Source of the DNA: a virus
IMG/VR virus record: IMGVR_UViG_3300005573_000001
Length of the DNA stretch: 64,000 nt
Reading direction: 5' to 3' (one strand)
The stretch's first letter is position 1. Each line of letters starts with the position of its first letter. This document shows positions 29,753 to 40,099 of the stretch, piece by piece. A model generated the notes under the pieces. It had not been told where the DNA came from and made no database searches. It saw nothing but the letters and a program-made list of their open reading frames with translations. A program made the position numbers and the translations under genes.

Positions 29753-31756
29753 ATGAACACAAGGGATCATAGATTAGATAAAGAATTTGATAAGGTAGTA
29801 CAGGAACTTCTGCAGCAAGGCACCTTCCCATCTGTTTACGACGTAGCCGCAAGGGTAGCCGCAAGGGTTACAAAGGAAGACCTTGACCTGCCTAGTATGA
29901 AGCCATACCTAGCATACCCCAACGAAAAAATAGACTACAATGCATACAACAAAATGATGGCCGACCTTATCGACGACCTCAGTGTACTCTATAGCGTATT
30001 GCTTGAAATAAAAGCCAAGGCGCTTAATAGCTTTACTACCTTTGACATAGAGGTCAAACAACAGGAAGCCATTATAGCTGGTCTTGAAAAAAGAATAAGG
30101 GAACTCATCCTAACTAACTCAGCAGAAGGACTTACCGGTGCCTTCGTCGAGGATTTCTCCACGTCAGTAAATATAGATACGTCCGCCACTTCTGCCAACG
30201 TAAATACTCAGTCCCATGAGGTTACATTACCAAAGATACAATCGAGCGAGGCAATTATTACTGAACCATGTGAAATATCGGTATCCGTTGACAATACACG
30301 TGCGATTACATCACAGATAGGCTCCACAGCCATTAGTGAGGTATACAATAGCACCGACCCAATCACAGTCTGGCAATATCAAATAGCATGTAACTCACAG
30401 GCTGTCATACCGATCTATATAGAGATAGATTACCACAAAGCAATAGTGGCAAACCAGATAGTAGTAGACATGCTGTCCGTAAAGCCCACAATGGTGCGTG
30501 TCGAGTTTAAGCCTAAGAGCATAGACACATGGTATCCTGTACCATACAACGAGAGTGCCACTACATGTGATAAATCTATAGTAGTAAAGTTCCCAAGTAT
30601 GGAGATCGCATCGCTAAGGCTAATACTATACAAGGAAGAAGCCGACAAACTAGAAGTTAGCGACAACCAGCCAAATTACCTATATATCTACGGTATTAAG
30701 AATATCTCTGTGTATAGCACCACATATACAACAAAGGCAGTTATACAAAGCAAACCGATAGCAATAGCCCCGGGCATCATATCTATCAGTACTGATGAAG
30801 ACATACCGGATGGGTGTAATATAAATTACAGCATAGCACTCGAGGAGCCTGAACTTACATGGAACCCAATATCGCCAGTAGGAAACCCAAACCCAAGGTA
30901 TAGCAAGACGTTAGACCTGTCCAATGTAATCACAAGTGATCCGCCCTCTGAATTCGCCTTTCCGAATGGCGTAAACCCACCAGCTTTACACGAGTTAGCC
31001 ACCAACGGAATAAACTTCTACGAGTTGCCTGCACTAGACAACTCGTTCAGTTCCCGTAATATCATAGACGGTTCAGAAATGCTATTCAGGGGCAAGAACG
31101 CATGGCTGGTAGAGGTAGCAAGCAGCAGCACTAGCGGCATACCCAATAACAGCCTATTTGCACAGGCAGACACATCGTATCTACAGCATACCGCTGGCGC
31201 GCAGAGTATATCAGGCTCATACGAACATCCGGTAAGATTGTCGTGCGCCGTATACCATAGCAAGCCTAATACCGGCATGAGTAAACTATTCTCCACTAAC
31301 TGCCCAGCGGCTGTATACGTCAATGGTGTGCCCATCTTCAGTACCCTGACACCAGTATCAAATGTCAGGGTAGAGTATCCATTACGTAATGGATGGAACA
31401 CGATAGCCATCCTAGTAAACTGCAACGCAGACGTCAACCTTAACCTGTCATTTGACCCGACATCAGAATTTAGGTACATGTTCGCATCTAACGTGCCAAT
31501 GACAAAGGTAAGCCTATACGACCTGCAGCATAATATAATGAACTACAATCACGATTGTTATGCGATAACGCAGCTCGACGGTAACAATGTAGCCATACTA
31601 AACCACACAACGGATAGCTCCCTAGTATATAGCATGTTCTATAGATATATAGGAACCTCAAGCTCTCAGGTAAGCATAATCCTAAGGGCAGTACTATCCT
31701 CAGACAATAGTAGTATAACCCCAACGCTGCGCAAATACATTGTAAGGAGTATCTAA
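29753..31756 (+). CDS. virion structural protein (paralog family member 3)
   Basis: Coiled coil, YIYGIKNISV motif, C-terminal IILRAVL..TPTLRKYIVR. Confidence 0.55.
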   Translation: MNTRDHRLDKEFDKVVQELLQQGTFPSVYDVAARVAARVTKEDLDLPSMKPYLAYPNEKIDYNAYNKMMADLIDDLSVLYSVLLEIKAKALNSFTTFDIEVKQQEAIIAGLEKRIRELILTNSAEGLTGAFVEDFSTSVNIDTSATSANVNTQSHEVTLPKIQSSEAIITEPCEISVSVDNTRAITSQIGSTAISEVYNSTDPITVWQYQIACNSQAVIPIYIEIDYHKAIVANQIVVDMLSVKPTMVRVEFKPKSIDTWYPVPYNESATTCDKSIVVKFPSMEIASLRLILYKEEADKLEVSDNQPNYLYIYGIKNISVYSTTYTTKAVIQSKPIAIAPGIISISTDEDIPDGCNINYSIALEEPELTWNPISPVGNPNPRYSKTLDLSNVITSDPPSEFAFPNGVNPPALHELATNGINFYELPALDNSFSSRNIIDGSEMLFRGKNAWLVEVASSSTSGIPNNSLFAQADTSYLQHTAGAQSISGSYEHPVRLSCAVYHSKPNTGMSKLFSTNCPAAVYVNGVPIFSTLTPVSNVRVEYPLRNGWNTIAILVNCNADVNLNLSFDPTSEFRYMFASNVPMTKVSLYDLQHNIMNYNHDCYAITQLDGNNVAILNHTTDSSLVYSMFYRYIGTSSSQVSIILRAVLSSDNSSITPTLRKYIVRSI

Positions 31757-32067
31757 TGAAATCGGAGATTACAAGGCATAACCATAGATACCGCGGCCCA
31801 ACGTCTTATGCAGATATGGTACTCTTTATGGGCCAAGCTGAATACACGCTAACTAAACTGTATACTGGCATAAAGGTAGTCAGAGAGGCTGTGGCTAAGA
31901 ATACTGAACATTACATAGTAGGCTCTGGCGACACGCGGCATCAAACCGCAGTTACAACAGAAGTCGATGGTATCAGTAGTAGCAGGGTATTTACGCCGCT
32001 CAATACACTCAAAGACAGGCTATCTGACATAGAAGACACTATAAACTTCCTAAGAAAAAATATCTAG
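31756..32067 (+). CDS. hypothetical structural protein
   Basis: 103 aa, coupled by TAATG, with an RYRGPTS motif. Confidence 0.5.
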   Translation: MKSEITRHNHRYRGPTSYADMVLFMGQAEYTLTKLYTGIKVVREAVAKNTEHYIVGSGDTRHQTAVTTEVDGISSSRVFTPLNTLKDRLSDIEDTINFLRKNI

Positions 32068-32071
32068 GTGG

Positions 32072-33259
32072 GTGACACAACCAATGGGAACATTTATACA
32101 GAGGTACCTCAGCAAGGGTATATTGAACTCTAGTGCAATCAACGAGATCCACGGATACATCCTAAAGGAGATGCAAAACCTAGCTGAAGCTCAGACAACA
32201 AACGAAGACATCATAAATAAGAATATGCAGGCCTTACTCACGGAGAATATCTTCTTGCAAGACAAGATCAAAGAACTTGAAGACTCTCTATACAACCTAA
32301 AAAGTAGGATAGATACCGAACTCGGTCTAACATATTTGTCTAAGTTAAGACAGAGGTTTACCGGCGGTGCGGGCATCGTAAAGATGGATACTGGTTACAT
32401 CGACCCAGTATATAACTATGCAACAATCAAACCATCAGCCAGTCCTATAGTAAAGACGTCGATAGTCGACAACCTCGGAAAGGTATTTATACCAGACGAG
32501 CTACAGGTCACTGTAACGAAGTGGTTTGACGACAATACGGCCGCCGGGACGGTAACCAACAGAAGCAACGACAGTACCATAGACAACATGTTCGACCGTA
32601 AGCAATATACATACTGGATAGATACCATAACAACCTCGGATAGCGTATCCACACTAAAGGCATGCATACACATTAAATTACCGACAAATATAATGAATAA
32701 CGCCCTTGTCAACACAATCAAGCTTAATCCGTACCCAGAGTACGGCCTAAATATAGACAGCATAGAATATAAGGGATACAACGAAGAGTGGACCACGGTA
32801 TCTGTAATCCCAGATGGCGGCATCAAAGGGGCTGGCAAGAGCGCCATATTAATAGCCCCCACTAACGTCCTAGAGGTAAAAGTATACGTATCACAGCCTA
32901 CCAGTATCGTATCTGGAACCAACAAAACATTCACGCTAGGTATGCAGGAGATAAGCATAGAGTATAACCAGGTACTTCTCGACCAAGGCGAGATAGTTGT
33001 CATGTTCCAACTACCTGCCGGTAAATACTTCTCACAGGTAAGTACACCTACGGCAGTAGTACACCCATATGCGCCGCAAAATATAGCTGGACTCGTAGAG
33101 TTCAAGTTATACTACAATGCGGACCTGGTAGACGAATTCCCATTCGGCAGAAGTATCACAAGTAATATCGGCACAGTCTATATTAAAATAATCTTAAGAC
33201 AAAGGGGAGGGGTTCTACCGGTACTCTCTGCGGTAGAACTAAACTATTTGCCGAAGTAA
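32072..33259 (+). CDS. virion structural protein (paralog family member 4)
   Basis: Coiled coil, FTLGMQEISI motif, C-terminal VYIKIILR..PVLSAVELNY. Confidence 0.5.
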   Translation: MTQPMGTFIQRYLSKGILNSSAINEIHGYILKEMQNLAEAQTTNEDIINKNMQALLTENIFLQDKIKELEDSLYNLKSRIDTELGLTYLSKLRQRFTGGAGIVKMDTGYIDPVYNYATIKPSASPIVKTSIVDNLGKVFIPDELQVTVTKWFDDNTAAGTVTNRSNDSTIDNMFDRKQYTYWIDTITTSDSVSTLKACIHIKLPTNIMNNALVNTIKLNPYPEYGLNIDSIEYKGYNEEWTTVSVIPDGGIKGAGKSAILIAPTNVLEVKVYVSQPTSIVSGTNKTFTLGMQEISIEYNQVLLDQGEIVVMFQLPAGKYFSQVSTPTAVVHPYAPQNIAGLVEFKLYYNADLVDEFPFGRSITSNIGTVYIKIILRQRGGVLPVLSAVELNYLPK

Positions 33260-33306
33260 CAGCTGCAAGGACAACACATCAATCAACAGAAGGACAGATC
33301 AGAAGT

Positions 33307-33732
33307 ATGGAACAGTACATTGAAGTATCAAAACACCTATCTAACCTAGACGCCAGAATGGAATCACTGGAAGAATGTACAAGAGATCTTAAAGGCGTAT
33401 ACAACACCTTTACAGAGGCAATCACAGAGCTAGTCACACTACAAAAGGTTATACAGGAAAGGCAGAGTAAGAGCGAAGAGACGCAGAAGGAAATAGCCGA
33501 CAAGGTAACGCAGCTTGCCAGTATAGTGGCTGTTATGCAGGAAAGACAGGACATGTCTATTAAGGGAGAAGCAGCGCTAAGGAACGAAGTTTCCAACATT
33601 AGAGCTGCTATCAACCACGAAAGCAAGAAAAACAGTATAGATATAAGAGATATAGCCAAGAAGGTAATCGTCTACCTAATAGTAGGATTAGTCAGTGCGG
33701 GATTCGCATTGTTACTCAAAGGAGGACAATAA
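33307..33732 (+). CDS. coiled-coil protein with C-terminal TM helix (XhlA/holin-accessory-like)
   Basis: Heptad-rich body and hydrophobic C-terminus VIVYLIVGLVSAGFALLL. Confidence 0.55.
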   Translation: MEQYIEVSKHLSNLDARMESLEECTRDLKGVYNTFTEAITELVTLQKVIQERQSKSEETQKEIADKVTQLASIVAVMQERQDMSIKGEAALRNEVSNIRAAINHESKKNSIDIRDIAKKVIVYLIVGLVSAGFALLLKGGQ

Positions 33733-34152
33733 GTGGAGAATATTATCAATAGTATAGCCAGAGACCCGATACTAATCTATCTGCCGATTTTAATTATCGT
33801 ACACCTCATTATCGGCATTATTACGGCTATCAAGACAAAGACATTCAAGTTTAAGGAGCTGCCTAACTTTATATTTAAAGGCACACTCATTATAGTATTC
33901 ATGGTGCTCGTCAACTCCGCCAAGGCGGTTGTAGAAAACAATGCGCTAGGAGACGTTGCGGTAGCTGGCATTACCGGCCTATGGGGCACCGCATGGCTTG
34001 CAGTGTTGTTATACTACCTAGCAGCAATATATAAAAACTTAGTAACCTTAGGTTGCCCAAAGCTGCCAATACTCGAGAAGAAGCTAGAGGAATCAAACAC
34101 AGAGGCCGAGGAATCAAATATGGAGACTACGGATTCAGAACATATAAACTAA
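33733..34152 (+). CDS. putative holin (3 TM helices)
   Basis: Three hydrophobic segments, a IYKNLVTLG.P motif like phage holin-4, and a charged C-terminal tail. Confidence 0.65.
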   Translation: MENIINSIARDPILIYLPILIIVHLIIGIITAIKTKTFKFKELPNFIFKGTLIIVFMVLVNSAKAVVENNALGDVAVAGITGLWGTAWLAVLLYYLAAIYKNLVTLGCPKLPILEKKLEESNTEAEESNMETTDSEHIN

Positions 34153-34162
34153 GGAGGTAAAT

Positions 34163-34525
34163 ATGTTAACAACAATCATCCTTACAGCCATTATCACATT
34201 AGTGGTAGCCGGTGCGGCGTTCGTAATATATGAACGCAGAAAGGCAAACCCAGCAGAAAGAGTAAGTACCAGCATCGTCGCCTGTTGGGAACAAATCAGG
34301 CCTATAGTGCTCGAAGGCATAACTAAGGCTCTAGAGTTCGTACAATTAGACAAAACTGACTTTGTGGCTGTCGAGCATTACGTAGCGACTAATATTAAGG
34401 CGCTCATAGACGATTTAGACATATTAACAGAACAGGAAAAGGCCCTTTTTACGGTCGACATGATAAAGACTATAATCAGCCCTATACTCCGCAAGATATA
34501 CGAACAAGACACACAACATCAGTAA
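34163..34525 (+). CDS. membrane-anchored protein (LL-H holin-like)
   Basis: N-terminal TM helix, AGGAGG RBS, lysis-cluster context. Confidence 0.45.
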   Translation: MLTTIILTAIITLVVAGAAFVIYERRKANPAERVSTSIVACWEQIRPIVLEGITKALEFVQLDKTDFVAVEHYVATNIKALIDDLDILTEQEKALFTVDMIKTIISPILRKIYEQDTQHQ

Positions 34526-34528
34526 GCA

Positions 34529-34557
34529 TTGACAAACAGCAAGACTTATGATATTAT
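34529..34557 (+). promoter_or_regulatory. sigmaA-type promoter (extended -10) driving the recombination/replication cluster
   Basis: TTGACA, 17 bp, TATTAT, with a TG extension. Confidence 0.85.
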
Positions 34558-34584
34558 TCGAGTAGAAATAACTAGGAGATAACT

Positions 34585-35319
34585 ATGGAGTACTATTTAC
34601 AACATTCGTACGACAGGGCAAAGGCTATCAAGATTATAGAGACGCCTATTGATCCCAAACTGATTAAAGTAAGAGAAGAAGAGTCTTGGAGTAATGGGAA
34701 GAAAACAAAGAAGCAGTTTAAGTACATCAGCCAAGCAACAGTAATCAACATCCTTAACAGCGCCTTCGGGTATGAATGGAGCTTTGAAACGCCTCATGCC
34801 TTCGTACAGGAGGCACAGCCCACTAAGGAAATGACATGGAGCGACAGGGAGAAAAAATACGTGCCGGTTCTCGACGAGAATGGAAAGCCTAAATTAAAAG
34901 AGGAACCAGGTTATGTAGTAGTATGCGGTAGGCTGACAGTACCGGGGCTTGGCGTAAAGGAACAGTGGGGTTCATGCGTTCTTCTCGGCGGTGCCTCAGT
35001 CCAACAAGACGCATTCAAAGCAGCTGCTTCCGATGCACTTAAGAAGTGCGCCACCCTATTTGGTATAGCCATAGAGCTCTACGACGATGCACCCGAAGAG
35101 GACGCAGACACGTGGACACCAAAGAATATCCAAAAGTATTCAGAGGCCCGCGCCAAACTGAGTGAACTTAAGACAAAGTTCGGAATAGGTCCAAACGAGA
35201 ACACAAAACTGAACCCAATGGTAAGAAGCTTCCTAGGAAGAGAAAACGCCACATGGGAGAATATACTCCCATCCAATATAGAGAACTTCGTGGCATACCT
35301 AGAGAAGCAACTACCATAA
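34585..35319 (+). CDS. Rad52/Sak-family single-strand annealing protein
   Basis: YISQATVINILNSAFGYEWSF and FKAAASDALKKCATLFGIAIELY. Confidence 0.85.
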   Translation: MEYYLQHSYDRAKAIKIIETPIDPKLIKVREEESWSNGKKTKKQFKYISQATVINILNSAFGYEWSFETPHAFVQEAQPTKEMTWSDREKKYVPVLDENGKPKLKEEPGYVVVCGRLTVPGLGVKEQWGSCVLLGGASVQQDAFKAAASDALKKCATLFGIAIELYDDAPEEDADTWTPKNIQKYSEARAKLSELKTKFGIGPNENTKLNPMVRSFLGRENATWENILPSNIENFVAYLEKQLP

Positions 35320-35328
35320 AGGAGCGCC

Positions 35329-36006
35329 ATGGCAACATTAGCATACCAGTTAGCCATGGAATACTTCAACAAGATAAAGTGGTTCTGCAAGGATAGGGGC
35401 GCAGTAGTCGCGGCAGCTGCCAGGTCATATGAAAACCTTATTAAGGAACTTAAGTATGCAGACCTCTTCGAGGCACTTAACTTCTTTAGTCTGACTCGGG
35501 GTACATGGCAGCTCAATGCAGTCCAAGACCCAAGTGAAACTGTCCTCACTCCAGCCGACAACCTTATAGACAAGGGGACGTTTTACTTCCATCCCGTACT
35601 ACAAATCGCCCCACCTGCACCGATATGGTACCCGGACGGACCCCAAATCGAGCAGGAGCCATTTTATCTAACCAACGTAGAAGTATTTACAATGGGGCAT
35701 CTGGTAACCTACTTTAGCGAGAGGACAAACCAGATGCTCACACCCTTGGCTAACAACGCCTATAGTAAGACATTACGTTATATATTCGGGAGAATACCTA
35801 ATCTGCGACAGCCGCTTAATAAGCTGGACGCCGTATTATATACGATAGACGAAGCGGTTACGCAGACATATGATAAAGGGGATAAGCCCATAAGAGAGGT
35901 CATCGAGCTTGTCAACTACATCCCAGACGGCATCGAAATATATGAGGCAAGATATAACTCCAGCGTCGAATATGGGCTCGACAAGCCCATCCTCCCTACG
36001 CGTTGA
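35329..36006 (+). CDS. hypothetical protein
   Basis: 225 aa ORF with AAGGAG RBS. Confidence 0.6.
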   Translation: MATLAYQLAMEYFNKIKWFCKDRGAVVAAAARSYENLIKELKYADLFEALNFFSLTRGTWQLNAVQDPSETVLTPADNLIDKGTFYFHPVLQIAPPAPIWYPDGPQIEQEPFYLTNVEVFTMGHLVTYFSERTNQMLTPLANNAYSKTLRYIFGRIPNLRQPLNKLDAVLYTIDEAVTQTYDKGDKPIREVIELVNYIPDGIEIYEARYNSSVEYGLDKPILPTR

Positions 36007-37000
36007 ATATGGTGCGAGAATAGACTCAGGCTTCATTCGTAATATATTCTGCACTCCAGACCAGGAAGACAATTTCAGGAGGCGGTACAATAACACGGAC
36101 GTATACCAGTCCGCGTTCCTATATGACAGCAGAGATATAGATGAGGCCAGCCTCGTTGGAGATGCATACTTTGACTTTGATACGGAACTCAACAACGAAG
36201 AAGCTTTCAGTAAAGTACGCCAGGATGCCCTGTCGTCTCTAATGGCGCTAAAGATATGGTATGGCATACCTACAGATATGGTACACATATATTTTAGCGG
36301 ATGCAAGGGTATCCACATTACTGTGCCGCAAGTCATATTCGACATACAACCGGATAGGGAGCTTCACCTAAAATACAAGGAGCTAGCTACAAAGCTATCC
36401 GCAAGATGCAAGTATAAGACACTTGACCTAAAAATATACGACAGGCGCAGACTATTCAGATTAACTAACAGTATACATAGGAAGACCGGGCTATATAAAA
36501 TCCCCATAACGTACGAGGAACTACAAGGGCTTAGCTACGCACAAATACTAGAGCTAGCCAAGTCCCCCAGATCAATCACATACACTACACCCAGGACCAT
36601 ACGTCTTGCGGTCCTAGGACTTAAGCAGTTAAACTCATTGCGAAGAGTACCCCGCAAGATCAAGGCTGACTTTTCCCAGTATAAGGGCAAAGAATTCTGG
36701 CCGCCATGCATCACATATATGCTTGAACAGCCTGTTACAATAGGGTCGCGTAATAATATAGGCTGTGTCATAGCCGCTTATATGTATCATCACGGCTATA
36801 CGGAGGAGGAAACAAAGGACATAATTATTACATGGGGCAATACGGTATGTATGCCACAATTATCTCAGGAAGAGATAGAAAGCATATTGGTATCTATGCG
36901 TAAGGGTGGATATAACTACGGATGCGAAACAATAAAGAGTTTATGTCCCTGCGCATGCAAGGATAAAGAATGTGGAATGAAGAGGAACAGCAAGGTATGA
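35909..37000 (+). CDS. archaeo-eukaryotic primase (PrimPol-like) with C-terminal PriCT/Cys domain
   Basis: YFDFD, YFSGCKGIHI, DLKIYDRRRLFRL and PPCI...GSRN motifs; the start codon is uncertain. Confidence 0.8.
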   Translation: MSTTSQTASKYMRQDITPASNMGSTSPSSLRVEYGARIDSGFIRNIFCTPDQEDNFRRRYNNTDVYQSAFLYDSRDIDEASLVGDAYFDFDTELNNEEAFSKVRQDALSSLMALKIWYGIPTDMVHIYFSGCKGIHITVPQVIFDIQPDRELHLKYKELATKLSARCKYKTLDLKIYDRRRLFRLTNSIHRKTGLYKIPITYEELQGLSYAQILELAKSPRSITYTTPRTIRLAVLGLKQLNSLRRVPRKIKADFSQYKGKEFWPPCITYMLEQPVTIGSRNNIGCVIAAYMYHHGYTEEETKDIIITWGNTVCMPQLSQEEIESILVSMRKGGYNYGCETIKSLCPCACKDKECGMKRNSKV

Positions 37001-37179
37001 AAGAAACAAACGAATGGTCACTTGAGGTAGCACTAAACCAATGGAAAGGTGAGATAGGTCGAGAGTTCGAAAAGGTATGCCCTACAGCAGCGTCATTTAA
37101 AGCAGTGCTACATACGCTGCACGATATATTCGATAAGATAGAGAGAGACATCCTGCAACACTATAAGAGAATAGACTAA
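36997..37179 (+). CDS. hypothetical protein
   Basis: 60 aa; ATGA overlap with the primase stop codon. Confidence 0.45.
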   Translation: MKETNEWSLEVALNQWKGEIGREFEKVCPTAASFKAVLHTLHDIFDKIERDILQHYKRID

Positions 37180-37191
37180 TGGGGTCAATAC

Positions 37192-38262
37192 ATGAATGTT
37201 AGAGAAAGACTGTTTGGAAGCAGCAATAGTGAGGCGAGCACATTAAGTGAATTACAACTTAGTATAGACAGAAGTAATCTAGTCGACATTGAGAATGAAT
37301 TCCTAGACGAAATAGAGGCCTTCGACACCCAAAGTAATGAGCGTAGCTTAGGAATAGACACTGGGTTCCCTAAGCTAAACGAAGCGCTCAACGGCCTCGA
37401 GGCAGGGCTCATAATGGTCAGCGGACCAGCCAATACCGGTAAGACGGCTTTCTGTTTACAGTTAGCGTGGCAAATAGCCAACCTTAACCGCGACAGTACG
37501 CCAGAACACCCGTTCAGAGTATATGTCCTATATTTCTCGCTCGACGATGCAACAAGGGACGTAATCCCACGATTCGTAGCAATAGAAGAACATATGGACA
37601 TAAGGATAGTAAAGACCCCACACCGTCACGCACATTCTATATCTGACCTTATTAGAAGGGCGACAGGTATCCGTAAACTAAAGCAGAGCCTGAATGTCAT
37701 TAAGGTAGTAGATAAGGGTAAGGGCTGCAGCATAGAATACATTACTGGAGAAGTCGAGCGACATATGTTCGATCTACAGAACATGGAATCAAGGGACAAT
37801 GTCCGGTACAAACTCGTCGTTTTTATAGACAACTTCCACGATATAGAAGTAGAGTCCCAACGTTATAACGACGAAAACCGCCGCTACAACGATATATGTG
37901 CAGCGCTAGACACCTTAGCAATTAGGTTCGACCTACCGATCATCTGCACAGCAGAATTACGCAAACTTAACGGTTTAAGGCGGCCTACTAACGATGATAT
38001 ACGCGAGACGGTAAAGATGAGCTATAAGGCTAAGGCCATCCTATCATGCTATAACGAGGTAGGAATAAGAGACCAGAACGCAAGTATATACTGGACACAC
38101 CCAGAGAGGCAAGAGAAAATGCCAGTACTAGAGGTCAGGTTTACCAAGAATAAGATGAGTAGCTATAAGGGAAGGCTGTTCTTCAAGTTCATACCTGAAC
38201 AATCGAGACTTATAGAGGCTGACACAATGGAGGCACAAAGATATGCACAAGCAAGCCAATAG
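37192..38262 (+). CDS. DnaB-like replicative helicase
   Basis: GIDTGFPKLNEALNGL, Walker A GPANTGKT, FSLD, VFIDNFH, ELRK..RRP and KNK motifs. Confidence 0.85.
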   Translation: MNVRERLFGSSNSEASTLSELQLSIDRSNLVDIENEFLDEIEAFDTQSNERSLGIDTGFPKLNEALNGLEAGLIMVSGPANTGKTAFCLQLAWQIANLNRDSTPEHPFRVYVLYFSLDDATRDVIPRFVAIEEHMDIRIVKTPHRHAHSISDLIRRATGIRKLKQSLNVIKVVDKGKGCSIEYITGEVERHMFDLQNMESRDNVRYKLVVFIDNFHDIEVESQRYNDENRRYNDICAALDTLAIRFDLPIICTAELRKLNGLRRPTNDDIRETVKMSYKAKAILSCYNEVGIRDQNASIYWTHPERQEKMPVLEVRFTKNKMSSYKGRLFFKFIPEQSRLIEADTMEAQRYAQASQ

Positions 38263-38276
38263 AAAGTGGAGACTAT

Positions 38277-39650
38277 ATGATAACAAAGGTACTGGACACA
38301 AACATTCTCCTCGACCGCCCATTCGAGGAGACACTTAAACTACTATCTGAGAAACACGACAACATTAAAGTCGTAGTCCCCCTCTCGGTACTAGTAGAGC
38401 TAGACACCTTCAAGAATGGCAGCAACCCAATCAATGCAAACTGCCGGTCCACTATCAGGTTTATAGAAACCCTGCGCCACCTTGGGGTAACTAAAGGACA
38501 AAACCTTGTAGACGGTGTAATCTTCGGTAATATAAGGTTCTGTGTACACATAGACACAGGAAACCTGGACGAGACGAAGGTAGACAACCTCGTAATCAAG
38601 ACGGCGAGAGAACTATCCGAGTATGAGAATGACGTGGAGATACTCTCTGAAGACATACACGAGCGCATCCTTGCCAATATATGTGGCATCACGTCAAATA
38701 GTCTAGCCAGTAAAGACATCAACATCGATAAGCTTTACACAGGTAAAGCAGAAATACAGATAACCGAGAATCAGCTCGAAGAGCTGTACAAAGACAGAAA
38801 TAGCAGGCAGCTTAGGACTAGACGAGAACTAGAGTATAACCAGTTCGTAATCATGACGGATCCGACCGGACAAGTCCACTACGGTATATACGATAAGGAG
38901 TTCCACGTAATAAGGGGACTCAAGGATACATACGAAGCATGGGGCATTAAGCCCAAACGTGGCAAGGATGGACGGTCCATTAGAGAACAGACAATGCTGA
39001 TGCACCTATTGCTTGACAAGAATATAAACCTAGTCACGTGTGTAGGTCCATCTGGCAGTGGAAAGACATTTCTAGCGCTTGCAGCGGCGCTTGAACAGAC
39101 TATATATAAGGAAATCTACGATAAGATAGTAGTCATCAGGCCGCTTGTACATAATGACATAGGTGCTCTGCCCGGTGATAAGCTGGATAAATTACGACCG
39201 TGGATGGGGTCGGTGTTCGATAACCTCGAGTATCTTCTATCAATAGAAGGTACAAGCGCAAAGTTGAAGGACCTAACAGGTTACGGAAGCACTATAGACC
39301 GCATTAACGACCTAATCCAGAACGACATAATCGAACTAGAGGCATTCAGCTTCATACGCGGCAGGAGTATACCAAACCAGTTTATTATAGTTGACGATTG
39401 TCAGAACATGTCTGTATCACAAGCAGTAACTATTCTGACACGCGTAGGGGAAGGTAGTAAGATAGTCTTACTAGGGGACATTGCCAAACAACAAATAGAC
39501 GACCCAAGGCTATCCCCAAGCAACAATGGACTTACATACATCGTAGACAAAACTAAGGGTATAAGCCCATTAGTCGGCCATATAACAATGGAACAGGTAG
39601 TAAGGTCCCCGTTAGCAGAATTAGTAGTAAAGATAAGTAGCATGGAGTAG
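38277..39650 (+). CDS. phoH: PhoH-family protein with N-terminal PIN domain
   Basis: VLDTNILL (PIN), GPSGSGKT, IGALPG, IRGRSI, TRVGEGSKIVLLGD and RSPLAE. Confidence 0.92.
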   Translation: MITKVLDTNILLDRPFEETLKLLSEKHDNIKVVVPLSVLVELDTFKNGSNPINANCRSTIRFIETLRHLGVTKGQNLVDGVIFGNIRFCVHIDTGNLDETKVDNLVIKTARELSEYENDVEILSEDIHERILANICGITSNSLASKDINIDKLYTGKAEIQITENQLEELYKDRNSRQLRTRRELEYNQFVIMTDPTGQVHYGIYDKEFHVIRGLKDTYEAWGIKPKRGKDGRSIREQTMLMHLLLDKNINLVTCVGPSGSGKTFLALAAALEQTIYKEIYDKIVVIRPLVHNDIGALPGDKLDKLRPWMGSVFDNLEYLLSIEGTSAKLKDLTGYGSTIDRINDLIQNDIIELEAFSFIRGRSIPNQFIIVDDCQNMSVSQAVTILTRVGEGSKIVLLGDIAKQQIDDPRLSPSNNGLTYIVDKTKGISPLVGHITMEQVVRSPLAELVVKISSME

Positions 39651-39680
39651 CACCTAGGAGAGTACTATTAACAAGGATTG

Positions 39681-39884
39681 ATGAACAGCATGGCTCAGTG
39701 GATTCAGAAGGCTATAAAGAGGCCTGGAGCCTTATCAGCAAAGGCAAAGAGAATAAAGGGAGGCTACAAGAACGGGCGTATCACACCAAAAGGACTCGCA
39801 GCCCTAGCTAAGTCCAAAAACCCGACAACCCGTAGGCAAGCGGCCTTAGCCCGTACACTTGCAAAGCTTAGAAAGAAGAAGTAA
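39681..39884 (+). CDS. small highly basic protein (possible DNA/RNA-binding or condensing protein)
   Basis: WIQKAIKRPGAL...RQAALARTLAKLRKKK; Lys/Arg/Ala rich with no acidic residues. Confidence 0.6.
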   Translation: MNSMAQWIQKAIKRPGALSAKAKRIKGGYKNGRITPKGLAALAKSKNPTTRRQAALARTLAKLRKKK

Positions 39885-40099
39885 TGATGGATAATATCAT
39901 AGCTCGCGGTTATAAGGCCATGTTTGGAGCCGCAAGGTACTGCCATCTATGTGGCAGACAACTCATAATAGGAGACGACGACGGACACGGCAACGCAGTA
40001 ACACCTGAGGAATTCCAAGCAGAGATGCACAGTGTCTGCTTACGCAACGAGTTAGTCAGACGTAAGGCCTTAAAGAGCAACAATGAGAGTAGACATTAG
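39884..40099 (+). CDS. hypothetical zinc-binding protein
   Basis: CHLC and HSVC motifs. Confidence 0.5.
   Translation: MMDNIIARGYKAMFGAARYCHLCGRQLIIGDDDGHGNAVTPEEFQAEMHSVCLRNELVRRKALKSNNESRH

Noticed and set aside
29842-29867. 12-bp tandem duplication GTAGCCGCAAGG (VAARVAAR)
   Set aside because: It is a short in-frame duplication with no evident wider significance.
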